This document shows positions 49,578-58,441 of a DNA stretch of 64,000 nt, piece by piece. The stretch comes from a virus (taxonomy: Duplodnaviria > Caudoviricetes): positions 32,001-96,000 of IMG/VR virus record IMGVR_UViG_3300044842_000325, one strand, 5' to 3'. The stretch's first letter is position 1. Every line of letters starts with the position of its first letter. A model generated the notes under the pieces. The model had not been told where the DNA came from, searched no databases, and saw only the letters and a program-made list of their open reading frames with translations. The position numbers were made by a program, and so were the translations under genes.

Positions 49578-49953
49578 ACTCAGGTTGCTTGAGGTACACC
49601 AACAGAGTGGTGTTGTCCTCGTCTAAAATGTAACGCCCCGTCGCCAACTCTTGGAACGTCATGCGAGGAAAGAAACTGATCACGGTACTGAAGATTGCAT
49701 TGAAGACGTTGTGGCAGATGTCGTACGCAGTCATCTCGTCCACCCCCACCAGCTTGAGGTAATGCATGGCCATGTTGACATGCGAGGTGGCGTCTCGGTC
49801 CCAAATCTTAACACTCAGCTCTTCGAGCAAATGCGTGATGAGATCGCGGTTGACAAGTCGGTACTGAACTTGTGGTGGCAATTCGGCCCACTTCTGTTCC
49901 AAGATTTGCATCACTGCGTCAAAGGGCAATTTGAAAAGCGCCTCAGAGGACAT
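49570..49953 (-). CDS. Hypothetical protein, array member
   Basis: 127 aa, tightly packed in the operon. Confidence 0.55.
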   Translation of the reverse strand: MSSEALFKLPFDAVMQILEQKWAELPPQVQYRLVNRDLITHLLEELSVKIWDRDATSHVNMAMHYLKLVGVDEMTAYDICHNVFNAIFSTVISFFPRMTFQELATGRYILDEDNTTLLVYLKQPEYA

Positions 49954-49955
49954 GA

Positions 49956-50921
49956 TTATCGATAGATGGATTGTGGGTCATGTGCCAAATCGCGGGAGCG
50001 AGCCTCGTCTTGTTCACTGACAAAACGATCCCACGAACCGTCAGCTTTGGCTTGGAGAAAACGTTGATAAGCAGGATCGCGAGTGATGCATTCCCACTCA
50101 TGGATGCGATGGTCTCCCAGTTGGTCAATGCGTAGCTCGTAACCATCCAGGTAGTTCACCGTACACATCTGGTAACCGTTATGCCGCAGTGCATTGCGAA
50201 TTGGCTGTAACACCAACAGCATGTGTTCGAAGATGCCATTGAAGGTCATGTTGAACCACGGGTCAGAACGCAGATGTTCCACCTTCGCCCGTTCAGGCAG
50301 ACGCGGGTCCAGATAGGCTTCGCTGATGAATGGCGCGATGATCTCTTCGATCAAGAGCGACCGTGCTTGTTTGTTGAACTGTCGGGTCGAGGCGATCTCG
50401 TTTTCGATGATCTGGTAAGCGATCTTGATACCGGCCCAAGGCAGGGTCGGGCGCAGTGACGCCATCGCGGCCAGATGCCGCGGTAGCACGACAGAACGCG
50501 GTTGTGCGTCGGTACCTGGGAACGCATCGTTGGGGTTGTAGGGAGGTGGGTAGAAGTACATTCCCATGTCCACCACATCCCACGGTGTTGTCAAGACCTG
50601 TTCGAAATTCTCCACACGGATGTAGTTGTAGCGGTAATACTGCCACGGTTGGTTATTCGACCTTCTTATTTTCTCCAGAATTGGATTCAGACTAGGGGAC
50701 TGGTCTGTACGTTCAGGTTGTGCTTTGCTCAGGAAGACTGCTTCCTGATACCAGTAAGGATAACCCGCGCGCATCACGGGTTCCAGTTGGTTCGGCAAAT
50801 ACACGCCGGCCTCAGGTTCACGCAACACGTCTTGCAAACTATTCTGAATCGAGTGTGCTACGTCATGCAGATCCGAATAGTGGGAATGGCGGATGTCCAA
50901 CTGATGAGAAGAATGGTGCAT
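49956..50921 (-). CDS. Conserved hypothetical protein (phiKZ gp42-like)
   Basis: About 321 aa from ATG 50921, just after the upstream stop; C-terminal GD.RI.EWE motif. Confidence 0.55.
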   Translation of the reverse strand: MHHSSHQLDIRHSHYSDLHDVAHSIQNSLQDVLREPEAGVYLPNQLEPVMRAGYPYWYQEAVFLSKAQPERTDQSPSLNPILEKIRRSNNQPWQYYRYNYIRVENFEQVLTTPWDVVDMGMYFYPPPYNPNDAFPGTDAQPRSVVLPRHLAAMASLRPTLPWAGIKIAYQIIENEIASTRQFNKQARSLLIEEIIAPFISEAYLDPRLPERAKVEHLRSDPWFNMTFNGIFEHMLLVLQPIRNALRHNGYQMCTVNYLDGYELRIDQLGDHRIHEWECITRDPAYQRFLQAKADGSWDRFVSEQDEARSRDLAHDPQSIYR

Positions 50922-50923
50922 GG

Positions 50924-51352
50924 TCAGCGTAGTTGTTCGTTGGGGTTGTATGTTAAGTCCACATACAACCAAGTCGATTGTCGGTAGATCTCGTGCGCGT
51001 GCAGATGACCTAACAAGAAAGGGAACCAAAAGTAGTACCTGGACAGACGCGGATAATCGTGGTATTCCACCAGATGGTCCCACACTTCGTGGAACTCGGG
51101 GCTGTACTCATCCAGACCTTGATCGATGTAATGTATTTCGGCCAAGTATTTTCGAACCAACCAGTCGATCAGTTCATCCCGTTGAGTGCGCGGTTCGGTA
51201 AACCGATGAGTCGCGGTCCACGGATAATTCTGGTCGATCGAATTATTGTCCAGAAGCCAGGGAAACTTTGGTGCCAGGTGGTAAAAAGCGGTCTCTAGGT
51301 ACATCAGAAAATCACGGATGTCCAGTATCCAGACCGAGCGCTTTGAAGGCAT
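50924..51352 (-). CDS. Hypothetical protein (phiKZ gp41-like position)
   Basis: 142 aa, aromatic-rich, SD AAAGGA. Confidence 0.55.
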   Translation of the reverse strand: MPSKRSVWILDIRDFLMYLETAFYHLAPKFPWLLDNNSIDQNYPWTATHRFTEPRTQRDELIDWLVRKYLAEIHYIDQGLDEYSPEFHEVWDHLVEYHDYPRLSRYYFWFPFLLGHLHAHEIYRQSTWLYVDLTYNPNEQLR

Positions 51353-51420
51353 GGTGGTCCTTTAAATGGCTTCTACGTATACCATATCAGCCATGGGTAA
51401 ATTAATGCCTAATCGAATTG

Positions 51421-51483
51421 ACGGCATAAAAAAATAAGTCCACTTACCCAAACACTCTCGTCAGAGAACGCTTAGGTAAGTGG
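51421..51483 (-). terminator. Terminator of the phuZ transcript
   Basis: CCACTTACC/GGTAAGTGG stem followed by TTTTTTTATGCCGT. Confidence 0.65.
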
Positions 51484-51485
51484 GA

Positions 51486-51739
51486 AATGGAGGGGCATGG
51501 GATAACTAATGTTGACCAGTTCTCTGACTCATGAATCATAGAACTGCGTCCCTTCGTTCAATCCGCTCCCCTCCAAGTGTACTTCGTTTAACGTCCGATC
51601 ATCCCGTCTTGCAAAGCCGCTTCGATCCCAAAGGGAACGCCACAGAGTGGAGCCAGTTACAGAGGACGCAGACTCAGACAGACACCGGACAGGCGTCTAA
51701 TACCGCACGCAGCGGATGGGCCAAGTTGTGGGTGGGAAT
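51486..51739 (-). ncRNA. Candidate structured RNA / long 3' trailer
   Basis: Nested stem 51488-51575 and an alternative 8-bp pairing 51544-51551 with 51664-51671; no credible ORF. Confidence 0.3.
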
Positions 51740-52024
51740 CTATTCCGAAATAGACATGAGCTTACGTACCCCCTTAAGCACGTGCTCGCCATCTCGGGCT
51801 AGAATTAACATGGGCCGCACGGGGCGGGCGGCCCTCCACACACCACCTTGCCAGATCTCACATGAGAGCGGATCATGAATATCCCACGGTAATGGATACA
51901 TCTCGACCGAAGGAATCAGATCCATCAATTCAACTACGCGGCCAAGGCCGTCGTGAAGAATTCTGGCTAAGGTGGCACCCAGCCATCCACCGGAAGATGA
52001 ACCTCCGAGGACGACGATGCGCAT
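51740..52024 (-). CDS. Hypothetical protein translationally coupled to phuZ
   Basis: 94 aa; ATG overlaps the phuZ TAA (TAATG). Confidence 0.5.
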   Translation of the reverse strand: MRIVVLGGSSSGGWLGATLARILHDGLGRVVELMDLIPSVEMYPLPWDIHDPLSCEIWQGGVWRAARPVRPMLILARDGEHVLKGVRKLMSISE

Positions 52025-53055
52025 TACGCCGCGAAGCTCACGTTGCTGACGTCAGCGTCGTTGTCCATCTCCGCATCGATTTGCTCGGGGCGGGGACGAC
52101 CGGCGGCGGCGCGCAGGTCAGCGAGGATTTCCGGCAGCAGGCCGTCGGTGATCAGGTAGTTCACCGACGTGCCTTCGAACGCGCTGCTGCCGCTCAGGTT
52201 CGGCACGAAGCCGACAGCCTGGTATTCCGGCATGTAGTCTTCCGGCAGGTCGGTGTGGATACCTTGACGGGCCAACGTCGCGACCGACAACACGTTGCCG
52301 AGCCTGTCCAGCTCTTCCTCGAACAGTGCGCCGTTCGGGTCTTGCTGGCCGCCGCGCAGCAGGATGTTCAGGTTGAACAGTTCCGGCTTCAGACCCGTGG
52401 TCACGGTCGACTTGGTGAAGAACAGCCAGTTGCGCAGGTCCATCGGGTCGAGTTCGCTGTTACGGTTCGAGAACAGCAGGCCGAGGTACGAAATGGCCGA
52501 CAGCATGTGTTCGTTGACCTTTTCACGCGGCAGGTTCGCCGAGTTTTGCAGGTAGTGCATCACCACCGGCGCTTGACGACCGATCGCGATCTCGCGGTAG
52601 TTCTTGATCGTTTCGCGGGTGTTGTTGATTTCACGCCGCGAAGCGGTGGCACCGATGAGCAGGACGATGGTTTGCTGGCCGGTCGCGAGCAGCTCGTTGA
52701 CGAGCGACGGCGCGAGCACGGAACCGGAACCGCCGGCGCCGGTGGAGATCACGATGTTCAGGTCGAGCGGCGGATGGGCTTTCAGGATCGGCTTGGTGTG
52801 CTCGCGGGCCAGCGCCAGGTTTTCGGTACGGTCCTTACCCGAGCCTTTGGTCTTGGGCAGCAGGTAGGTTTCCACGCCGATCGTGTGGTCGCCCAGGTTG
52901 GACACGCTGGTGTCGATCTGGACCGGTTCGAAGTTGGCCATCATGTCCGGGTTGATGCGGAACTTGCCGATCTGGCTCGTGATGTTGATTGCTGCGCCAC
53001 CGCAAGCGTAAATGCGGATACGACCTTTCGGGGCCGTGGTAATGGTTTCACTCAT
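52024..53055 (-). CDS. phuZ: Phage tubulin PhuZ
   Basis: YACGGAAINI, IDTS, GSGKDR, GGSGS tubulin signature and ELD..D; acidic C-tail. Confidence 0.95.
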   Translation of the reverse strand: MSETITTAPKGRIRIYACGGAAINITSQIGKFRINPDMMANFEPVQIDTSVSNLGDHTIGVETYLLPKTKGSGKDRTENLALAREHTKPILKAHPPLDLNIVISTGAGGSGSVLAPSLVNELLATGQQTIVLLIGATASRREINNTRETIKNYREIAIGRQAPVVMHYLQNSANLPREKVNEHMLSAISYLGLLFSNRNSELDPMDLRNWLFFTKSTVTTGLKPELFNLNILLRGGQQDPNGALFEEELDRLGNVLSVATLARQGIHTDLPEDYMPEYQAVGFVPNLSGSSAFEGTSVNYLITDGLLPEILADLRAAAGRPRPEQIDAEMDNDADVSNVSFAA

Positions 53056-53135
53056 GTTGAAGATCCTTTAATTTTTGGTTATGAAAAACTCAACGTCAAT
53101 TGGACATTGAATACAAGAAACATTGTAGAAAAATA

Positions 53136-55748
53136 CTAGAAACGAGGATTGGCGCGACCAGCCAGGACATAGCCATAAAGCGGAAGAACCCGTGACACGT
53201 TGTAATGCAGATGTTCTTCCGACAGATTGGTGCCCTCAAACCACACCGTCATGTTCGGTTGGTTGGCCTGCGTCAACGCATGGCATACCTTGGTCATGAA
53301 GATCGACGTGGTGTGAATAAGCCGGCTGTCAAGAACGATGTGGAAGACTTGGTCAGTCTGACACTGCTGAGTTGCATCCGCCATCGCATCCTGAAGAACC
53401 AACGGGGTGGGTTTGTTACCGTACTCCGGATGGCGAGCAATGTAAAACTTTGCGTTCGGGAACACGTTACGGAACACCCGCTCATTCTTGCTCATTACCT
53501 GATCCGTTTCCCCATCATTCACGTGCAGCATGACGATACCGTAATAGTTCTCCAGCGTGAACAGAGGTCCGCCCGCAGCCGGAGAACTAAACGAATTGAG
53601 ACCGGCACGCACCTGTAACCTGGTCAAAGCGGCGTTCAGCGTCATACTCAACTTGTCGCGATCTTCCATGGTGTCATACGTGATCGCGGCCAGATTCAAA
53701 CCGTTCTTGCTGAGCACGTTCTTGATGGCGGTCACCTTTTCCAGATCGTTGCTCTGTTCCGGTGAATGCGGTGCGGGTTTACGGCTCGGCAGCAGCAGAA
53801 TGTGTTGCAGGAGTGGCGTCGGTGCGGCGCCGCGATAACATTCTGCAATCACAGCCATCGTCTTCTTGTAAACGCCGAAGAGCGCGTCGTTGTTATCAGC
53901 CCCTTCGTAGTTTACCACTTCGATCTTGGCTTGTGGATAGAGTTCGACGACTTCGCCACGCACTAGCTCGAATGCTTTTGCCGCGTCATCATTTTCCAGG
54001 TGGAACAGGAAGACGCCGTTGAAGTTTTCGGTAGTCGGCACCGACGAAGGTGAGCGGAAACTCGAATTATTACCGCTGAACGACGATTGCGTCCGATCCC
54101 GTTTCAGCCAGTCCATCGACGCCGCAGGTGGAAACGGTCGACCATTGCGCCACTGCATCGGATGGAGGGGTGGGGCCGGCGGGATAGGGCCACGCGGGTA
54201 ATCCGGGTTGTAAAACGGATTGGGGAAACCGAAATTGTCCGGCATTTTCGGGAACGAATCCAGCGGCGACTGCGGCACGGGACCGAAGGGTTGACCTGCT
54301 GACGGGCGCTGGTTCAACATCCCCAGCATGTGTTGCAAGTCCTCCTTCATTTCGTTCGACAGTCGGTCTTCAGTGGTTTGAAGGCGCTTGTGAACGTTCT
54401 CCATCAGGTTGTCGATCGCCTTGGCCATCACGCCACTGGCTTCCGAGAAATGCTCGCCGAGTTTGGCGATAGACCGTTCAAGGATCTGATGACCCTCGGC
54501 GAAGTCCGCCGACAACTGACGCAAAATCGCTTCGACGTTACTAGCTGGCGGATTGTCACTGATTGCCATACCGAACGGCGTTCCGCGTTGGTGGAGAAGA
54601 TAAGCTTCCACTTTCTTCAGCCGCGAGACCGTTACCATCGGATCGGCACTGACCGCTGGTCCGCTGAGGAGCGCAGCCGCGTCGCTGACGCCGATGAGAA
54701 GTTCTTCGAAATCGATCGCTTCTCCAGCTTCGACCTTTTGCGCGTCCACGGGCATCGAATCCGCCGTTTTCGGCCAGTATTCGTCATTGTTCTGCCCGCG
54801 GGTACGCAGCAGATCAATCACCATGTCGAGTCGCATGATGAAACCATTAGCTTCTTCTTTGTTGAGTTCCACTTCCATGCTGAAAGCAGGGATCAAGTCG
54901 TTAACGAGGGTGCTCACCTGTGGGCTGGCCATCGCCGATGGCGCGTATTCAGAATGATCCCGCAGGTTATGCAGTTCTTTCGCGACGTGTTCCGCGCTGA
55001 AGATGGACTGCCGTTCTTTGGCAATGTGCTCTGCGCTGAAGAGCGATTCCTTCATCCAGAGAGCGATGAGTTGACGCGCACCCACCAGCAGGTTGTGGAG
55101 GCCAGCATTGGTCATGGTTGGTTTAGTTTGCATGGTGATTTCCTTTTTTGATTGTTGGTTATTAAAGTTGCGAGAGAGGTACTTCTGGATAGCGTTATAC
55201 AACGCCGCTGGTCGATTCGAGTGAGCCCGTATGTCAGAAGCATTCAAGAAAGTGTTGGTAGCGGGCGGAATGTGATTATAAATGAACGCCACGGGATTTC
55301 CTGTGATATGCGTAGCAACCTGGCGGAAACCATCGGTACTGGTGTCCAACACGATGATCCAGCGATCTTTGGTATAGCCGCGTTCTTCCCAACCGAGAAT
55401 GAGGTCGCTAAAGCGAGCCCACTCACGCACATTTTCCTCCACACCCATTTCTTTATCACCGATGTAGAAGAGATACGAGCCGGTTTCACGCAAGCGGTCG
55501 ATCGTTTTGGCGATCGGTACATCGCCACAATTCCCCCACTGTGCAACTTTCGCACCGAAGAACAAAATGTGCACTTTCGGATTGGTGTCGACACCATGAG
55601 TGATGTCCACTGATTCATACGGTTGAATTTCTTTATTACATTGTGGGCAGCGATCATTGCAGGCGCTGTCTCCGGTCTCGCTCCAGTGCTCGCCGCAGTG
55701 GCGATAGTGGTTTTCGAAAACTTTCTTTTCTTCCGTAGCAGCGTTCAT
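53136..55748 (-). CDS. Large mosaic early protein (N-terminal Zn-finger-like, Pro-rich linker, duplicated C-terminal domain)
   Basis: 870 aa; HCGEHW...DRCPQC; internal SD plus ATG at 55133. Confidence 0.6.
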   Translation of the reverse strand: MNAATEEKKVFENHYRHCGEHWSETGDSACNDRCPQCNKEIQPYESVDITHGVDTNPKVHILFFGAKVAQWGNCGDVPIAKTIDRLRETGSYLFYIGDKEMGVEENVREWARFSDLILGWEERGYTKDRWIIVLDTSTDGFRQVATHITGNPVAFIYNHIPPATNTFLNASDIRAHSNRPAALYNAIQKYLSRNFNNQQSKKEITMQTKPTMTNAGLHNLLVGARQLIALWMKESLFSAEHIAKERQSIFSAEHVAKELHNLRDHSEYAPSAMASPQVSTLVNDLIPAFSMEVELNKEEANGFIMRLDMVIDLLRTRGQNNDEYWPKTADSMPVDAQKVEAGEAIDFEELLIGVSDAAALLSGPAVSADPMVTVSRLKKVEAYLLHQRGTPFGMAISDNPPASNVEAILRQLSADFAEGHQILERSIAKLGEHFSEASGVMAKAIDNLMENVHKRLQTTEDRLSNEMKEDLQHMLGMLNQRPSAGQPFGPVPQSPLDSFPKMPDNFGFPNPFYNPDYPRGPIPPAPPLHPMQWRNGRPFPPAASMDWLKRDRTQSSFSGNNSSFRSPSSVPTTENFNGVFLFHLENDDAAKAFELVRGEVVELYPQAKIEVVNYEGADNNDALFGVYKKTMAVIAECYRGAAPTPLLQHILLLPSRKPAPHSPEQSNDLEKVTAIKNVLSKNGLNLAAITYDTMEDRDKLSMTLNAALTRLQVRAGLNSFSSPAAGGPLFTLENYYGIVMLHVNDGETDQVMSKNERVFRNVFPNAKFYIARHPEYGNKPTPLVLQDAMADATQQCQTDQVFHIVLDSRLIHTTSIFMTKVCHALTQANQPNMTVWFEGTNLSEEHLHYNVSRVLPLYGYVLAGRANPRF
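54975..55046 (-). repeat. Imperfect 39-nt-period tandem repeat (SLFSAEHIAKE / SIFSAEHVAKE)
   Basis: Two copies visible at DNA and protein level. Confidence 0.8.
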
Positions 55749-55810
55749 GGTGATTCCTCCTGTTGTTGGTTATGAGAAAATGTCGAGATGCTATGTACTA
55801 ACGTCAATGT

Positions 55811-55834
55811 AGTAATATAGCACTGTAAATTTCT
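55811..55834 (-). promoter_or_regulatory. Early promoter candidate
   Basis: AGAAATTTACAGTGCTATATTACT; exact TATATTAC core. Confidence 0.7.
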
Positions 55835-55845
55835 AGGAGCCTTGA

Positions 55846-56655
55846 ATGAATCCGATTACCAAAGCGCTGGATGAAGTGATGTTTCGCATCCCGCGCGAGA
55901 TTCTGAAGGTGGTGTTTCTCGAACCCTATCAACAATACCGCGACCTGCCGGCCGACATCAAAGAACGTATCCGTTATCTCGTGTTACAACAACGCGTGCT
56001 GGTGGACTGCAATCTCGTCAGCGGCGTCGAAACCAAGATCGACTTGTCGGATGTGCCAAGCGAAGTGGTTGATGATGGGTACACCACCGTGTTTCGTATC
56101 CCCAAAACCAAGACCAACGGCCGTTCGATCTTGAGCGTGTTCGACGTGACATACGGGGACTTGTATAACACCCAATCAGGGTACGGGGTATATTCTTACA
56201 CCCGCACGAGCCCAGCATTGCAACTGGCCAATGCCGCGATGGAAGCGCATATCCGTACGCCGTATGTCGGTACCTCCCGTGTCGAACTCATCGGCGAAAA
56301 TGTGGTGATGGTGCAAGACTCGATCATCCTGCCGCAGAACCTGTATCTGCGTTGCTCGCTGGAAAACGAAGAGAACCTGTCGAACATCCATGCCCGCAGC
56401 TATCTGGTGTTTGCCAAACTCGTCGAACTGGCGGTTAAAGCCTACATCTACAACACCTATGTCATCAAGCTCGACATGGGTGAACTGCGCGCTGGTGTGC
56501 AGGTCGGTCGGTTCAAAGAGATCGTTGACGGCTACTCGGATGCAGAGACAATGTATCAAGAGCACCTCAACGAGAAATGGGCCAAGGTTGCATTCATGAA
56601 CGACCCGGAATCCATGCGTCGTTACATGTCGCTCATGATCGGCGGTAATCGGTAA
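55846..56655 (+). CDS. Conserved virion structural protein (possible neck/adaptor; phiKZ gp32-like)
   Basis: 269 aa with IP.EIL, V..DCNL..G and LAVKAYIYN motifs; SD AGGAG. Confidence 0.55.
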   Translation: MNPITKALDEVMFRIPREILKVVFLEPYQQYRDLPADIKERIRYLVLQQRVLVDCNLVSGVETKIDLSDVPSEVVDDGYTTVFRIPKTKTNGRSILSVFDVTYGDLYNTQSGYGVYSYTRTSPALQLANAAMEAHIRTPYVGTSRVELIGENVVMVQDSIILPQNLYLRCSLENEENLSNIHARSYLVFAKLVELAVKAYIYNTYVIKLDMGELRAGVQVGRFKEIVDGYSDAETMYQEHLNEKWAKVAFMNDPESMRRYMSLMIGGNR

Positions 56656-56665
56656 CAAAAAAGAA

Positions 56666-56714
56666 AGCGCATAACGCCCCTCTCTACCCGCGAGGGTAGA
56701 GAGGGGTATGCCGT
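56666..56714. terminator. Bidirectional hairpin terminator
   Basis: 13-bp stem CCCCTCTCTACCC-GCGA-GGGTAGAGAGGGG flanked by AGCGCATA and TATGCCGT. Confidence 0.75.
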
Positions 56715-56935
56715 TAGGCAAGCAGAAGTTCACGGGTGCGGTACAACTGTTCCCGCTGCTGCTTCAAGCGGTCAGCGGAAACTTGGTTGACAAAAATCAC
56801 GGCGCTCTCGATCGAGCAAGCACATTTCTCTTGGTAATGGCGAATGGCGTTTTCACGCTTACCTTGACCAATGAGCAGGTTAACTTCGTCACGCATGGTG
56901 TCAGTGGAAGTCATGTGTTTCTGAGAGCGGGCCAT
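56714..56935 (-). CDS. Small protein with ribosomal bL12-CTD-like helix-turn-helix pattern
   Basis: 73 aa; GKRENAIRHYQEKCACSIESAVIFVN; SD GAGGAG. Confidence 0.45.
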   Translation of the reverse strand: MARSQKHMTSTDTMRDEVNLLIGQGKRENAIRHYQEKCACSIESAVIFVNQVSADRLKQQREQLYRTRELLLA

Positions 56936-56952
56936 GATAACTCCTCGTGAGG

Positions 56953-57630
56953 TTAAGCCGCCGGATATCCTCCAGCATGCTGACCAGGTTGACGACGCGA
57001 ACCATCCACGTCGTTTTTCTTGAAGAAAGGTTTCTTGCCACCTTCCTTCTTCACATCATGGGAGGTCAACCGCGGTTGAATCGGTTTGGCGGTGGGATGC
57101 TGGGCACGACGACGCGGCGGCAGGCCATCGTCCACCACGATACCAGCGGCGCGGTCGAGTGCAGCTTGTTCACTGATGTCACGCGGGAACGATTCCGACG
57201 TGATCCAGGCCAGCAGATCGGGTTCACCGCGGAACTGCTGGCCCTTGCGTTTGAAGAAACGCATGGCCATGCGGATGAAACTGCCCGTGGTGTGCAGTTT
57301 CGGTACCGGCCCCGTGACCACACCTTTGCCGCTGACCTGATACTCCTTCTCACGACCGTGCATCACGATGACACCGTACGCTGTGCCGCGCAGCAGGATG
57401 CGATTGTTCAGATGTTGTTTCTTTTCATCCGGATGCTTGGCGTGGATCTTGGCGAACTCGCCGGGTTTCAGGATCACACGGTTTTCCGGATGATCAACGA
57501 TCGGCATGAAGTTCATCCCGTCCTGGATGCGCAGTCCCTTCGCCATGAAATACGGCCGGAAGGCGATCACGGTCTCAGCTGCTTCGTATTGGCGAAAGAA
57601 GTATGTGGCGATTTGTGCGTCGGTATTCAT
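56953..57630 (-). CDS. Hypothetical basic protein
   Basis: About 225 aa from ATG 57630 (SD AAAGGGA); strong codon bias. Confidence 0.6.
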   Translation of the reverse strand: MNTDAQIATYFFRQYEAAETVIAFRPYFMAKGLRIQDGMNFMPIVDHPENRVILKPGEFAKIHAKHPDEKKQHLNNRILLRGTAYGVIVMHGREKEYQVSGKGVVTGPVPKLHTTGSFIRMAMRFFKRKGQQFRGEPDLLAWITSESFPRDISEQAALDRAAGIVVDDGLPPRRRAQHPTAKPIQPRLTSHDVKKEGGKKPFFKKNDVDGSRRQPGQHAGGYPAA

Positions 57631-57685
57631 GGTGATCCCTTTCTTTGTTGGTATGGAGTTATTGACAATGTTGCAGTTGGACATT

Positions 57686-57934
57686 CTATTCCTCTCCGGG
57701 AATATTTTTTAACGGTGGTAAAAACGGGGACCGATGCCGCGCTAAACGCACGGGATCTTGAAAGGTACAACGAAGAGAAGAATGATGGGTCTTCTGCAAG
57801 GTGACCCGGGGGCGGCGCAGCGGTTGCGGAATCCGTGGGGTAGGCGACTTCGTAGTCTTGGTCACGGGCATTACTCGCCTCGCCCGTTTGATACGGAGTA
57901 AAAGAATCAGTCCGGCAGCAATCAATGGAATCAT
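57686..57934 (-). CDS. Small N-terminally anchored basic protein
   Basis: MIPLIAAGLILLL followed by an Arg/Pro-rich tail; SD AGGAG. Confidence 0.4.
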   Translation of the reverse strand: MIPLIAAGLILLLRIKRARRVMPVTKTTKSPTPRIPQPLRRPRVTLQKTHHSSLRCTFQDPVRLARHRSPFLPPLKNIPGEE

Positions 57935-57990
57935 GGTACTGCTCCTAGCGTTAGAGATAAATCCCATCTATTTACCTATAACGCCAGGCG

Positions 57991-58218
57991 CTAAAGGTCA
58001 AGATCAATGTTTCTTTCAGTGGCCATCTTCTTGAGTTCTTCCATCGCTCCCAGAATCTCATCGGCTTCATGGGCATAGTTACAGCAATCGAACAACACCG
58101 TGATGGCATCAATTTCGTCTTGGTTAGTGGCTGCTTCAAATAAACGCAGCGCTATACGAGAAGCTTGGCGACGCAATCGCAGCATCTCGATTTGTTTCTG
58201 CAGGCTCTTCAAATCCAC
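57991..58218 (-). CDS. Small helical hypothetical protein
   Basis: GTG start with SD GAGGG, about 75 aa. Confidence 0.45.
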   Translation of the reverse strand: MDLKSLQKQIEMLRLRRQASRIALRLFEAATNQDEIDAITVLFDCCNYAHEADEILGAMEELKKMATERNIDLDL

Positions 58219-58258
58219 GGACAGATCCCTCTTGTTGTAAAGAAAAAAATGCAAAACA

Positions 58259-58291
58259 CATAGAGAGCTGGGGGCAACCCAGCTCTCTATG
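58259..58291 (-). terminator. Terminator closing the membrane-protein operon
   Basis: Perfect stem CATAGAGAGCTGGG/CCCAGCTCTCTATG with downstream T-tracts. Confidence 0.75.
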
Positions 58292-58303
58292 GTTTTTCAC
58301 GGC

Positions 58304-58441
58304 TTAATTAAAGTTGCCGGCTGCAACGTTCGCGGCGACAAACAACGCCAGCGCGATCATGGCAGACACCAGAGCTTGGGTCGCCGTGGGATATTGAAAG
58401 CGCTTAGGCGCCCGCGGGTACAGCTTCAGCGTTTGCTTCAC
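58304..58441 (-). CDS. 45-aa membrane peptide (not in ORF track)
   Basis: GGAGG SD 6 nt before GTG; MKQTLKLYPRAPKRFQYPTATQALVSAMIALALFVAANVAAGNFN; ends just before the terminator. Confidence 0.45.
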   Translation of the reverse strand: MKQTLKLYPRAPKRFQYPTATQALVSAMIALALFVAANVAAGNFN

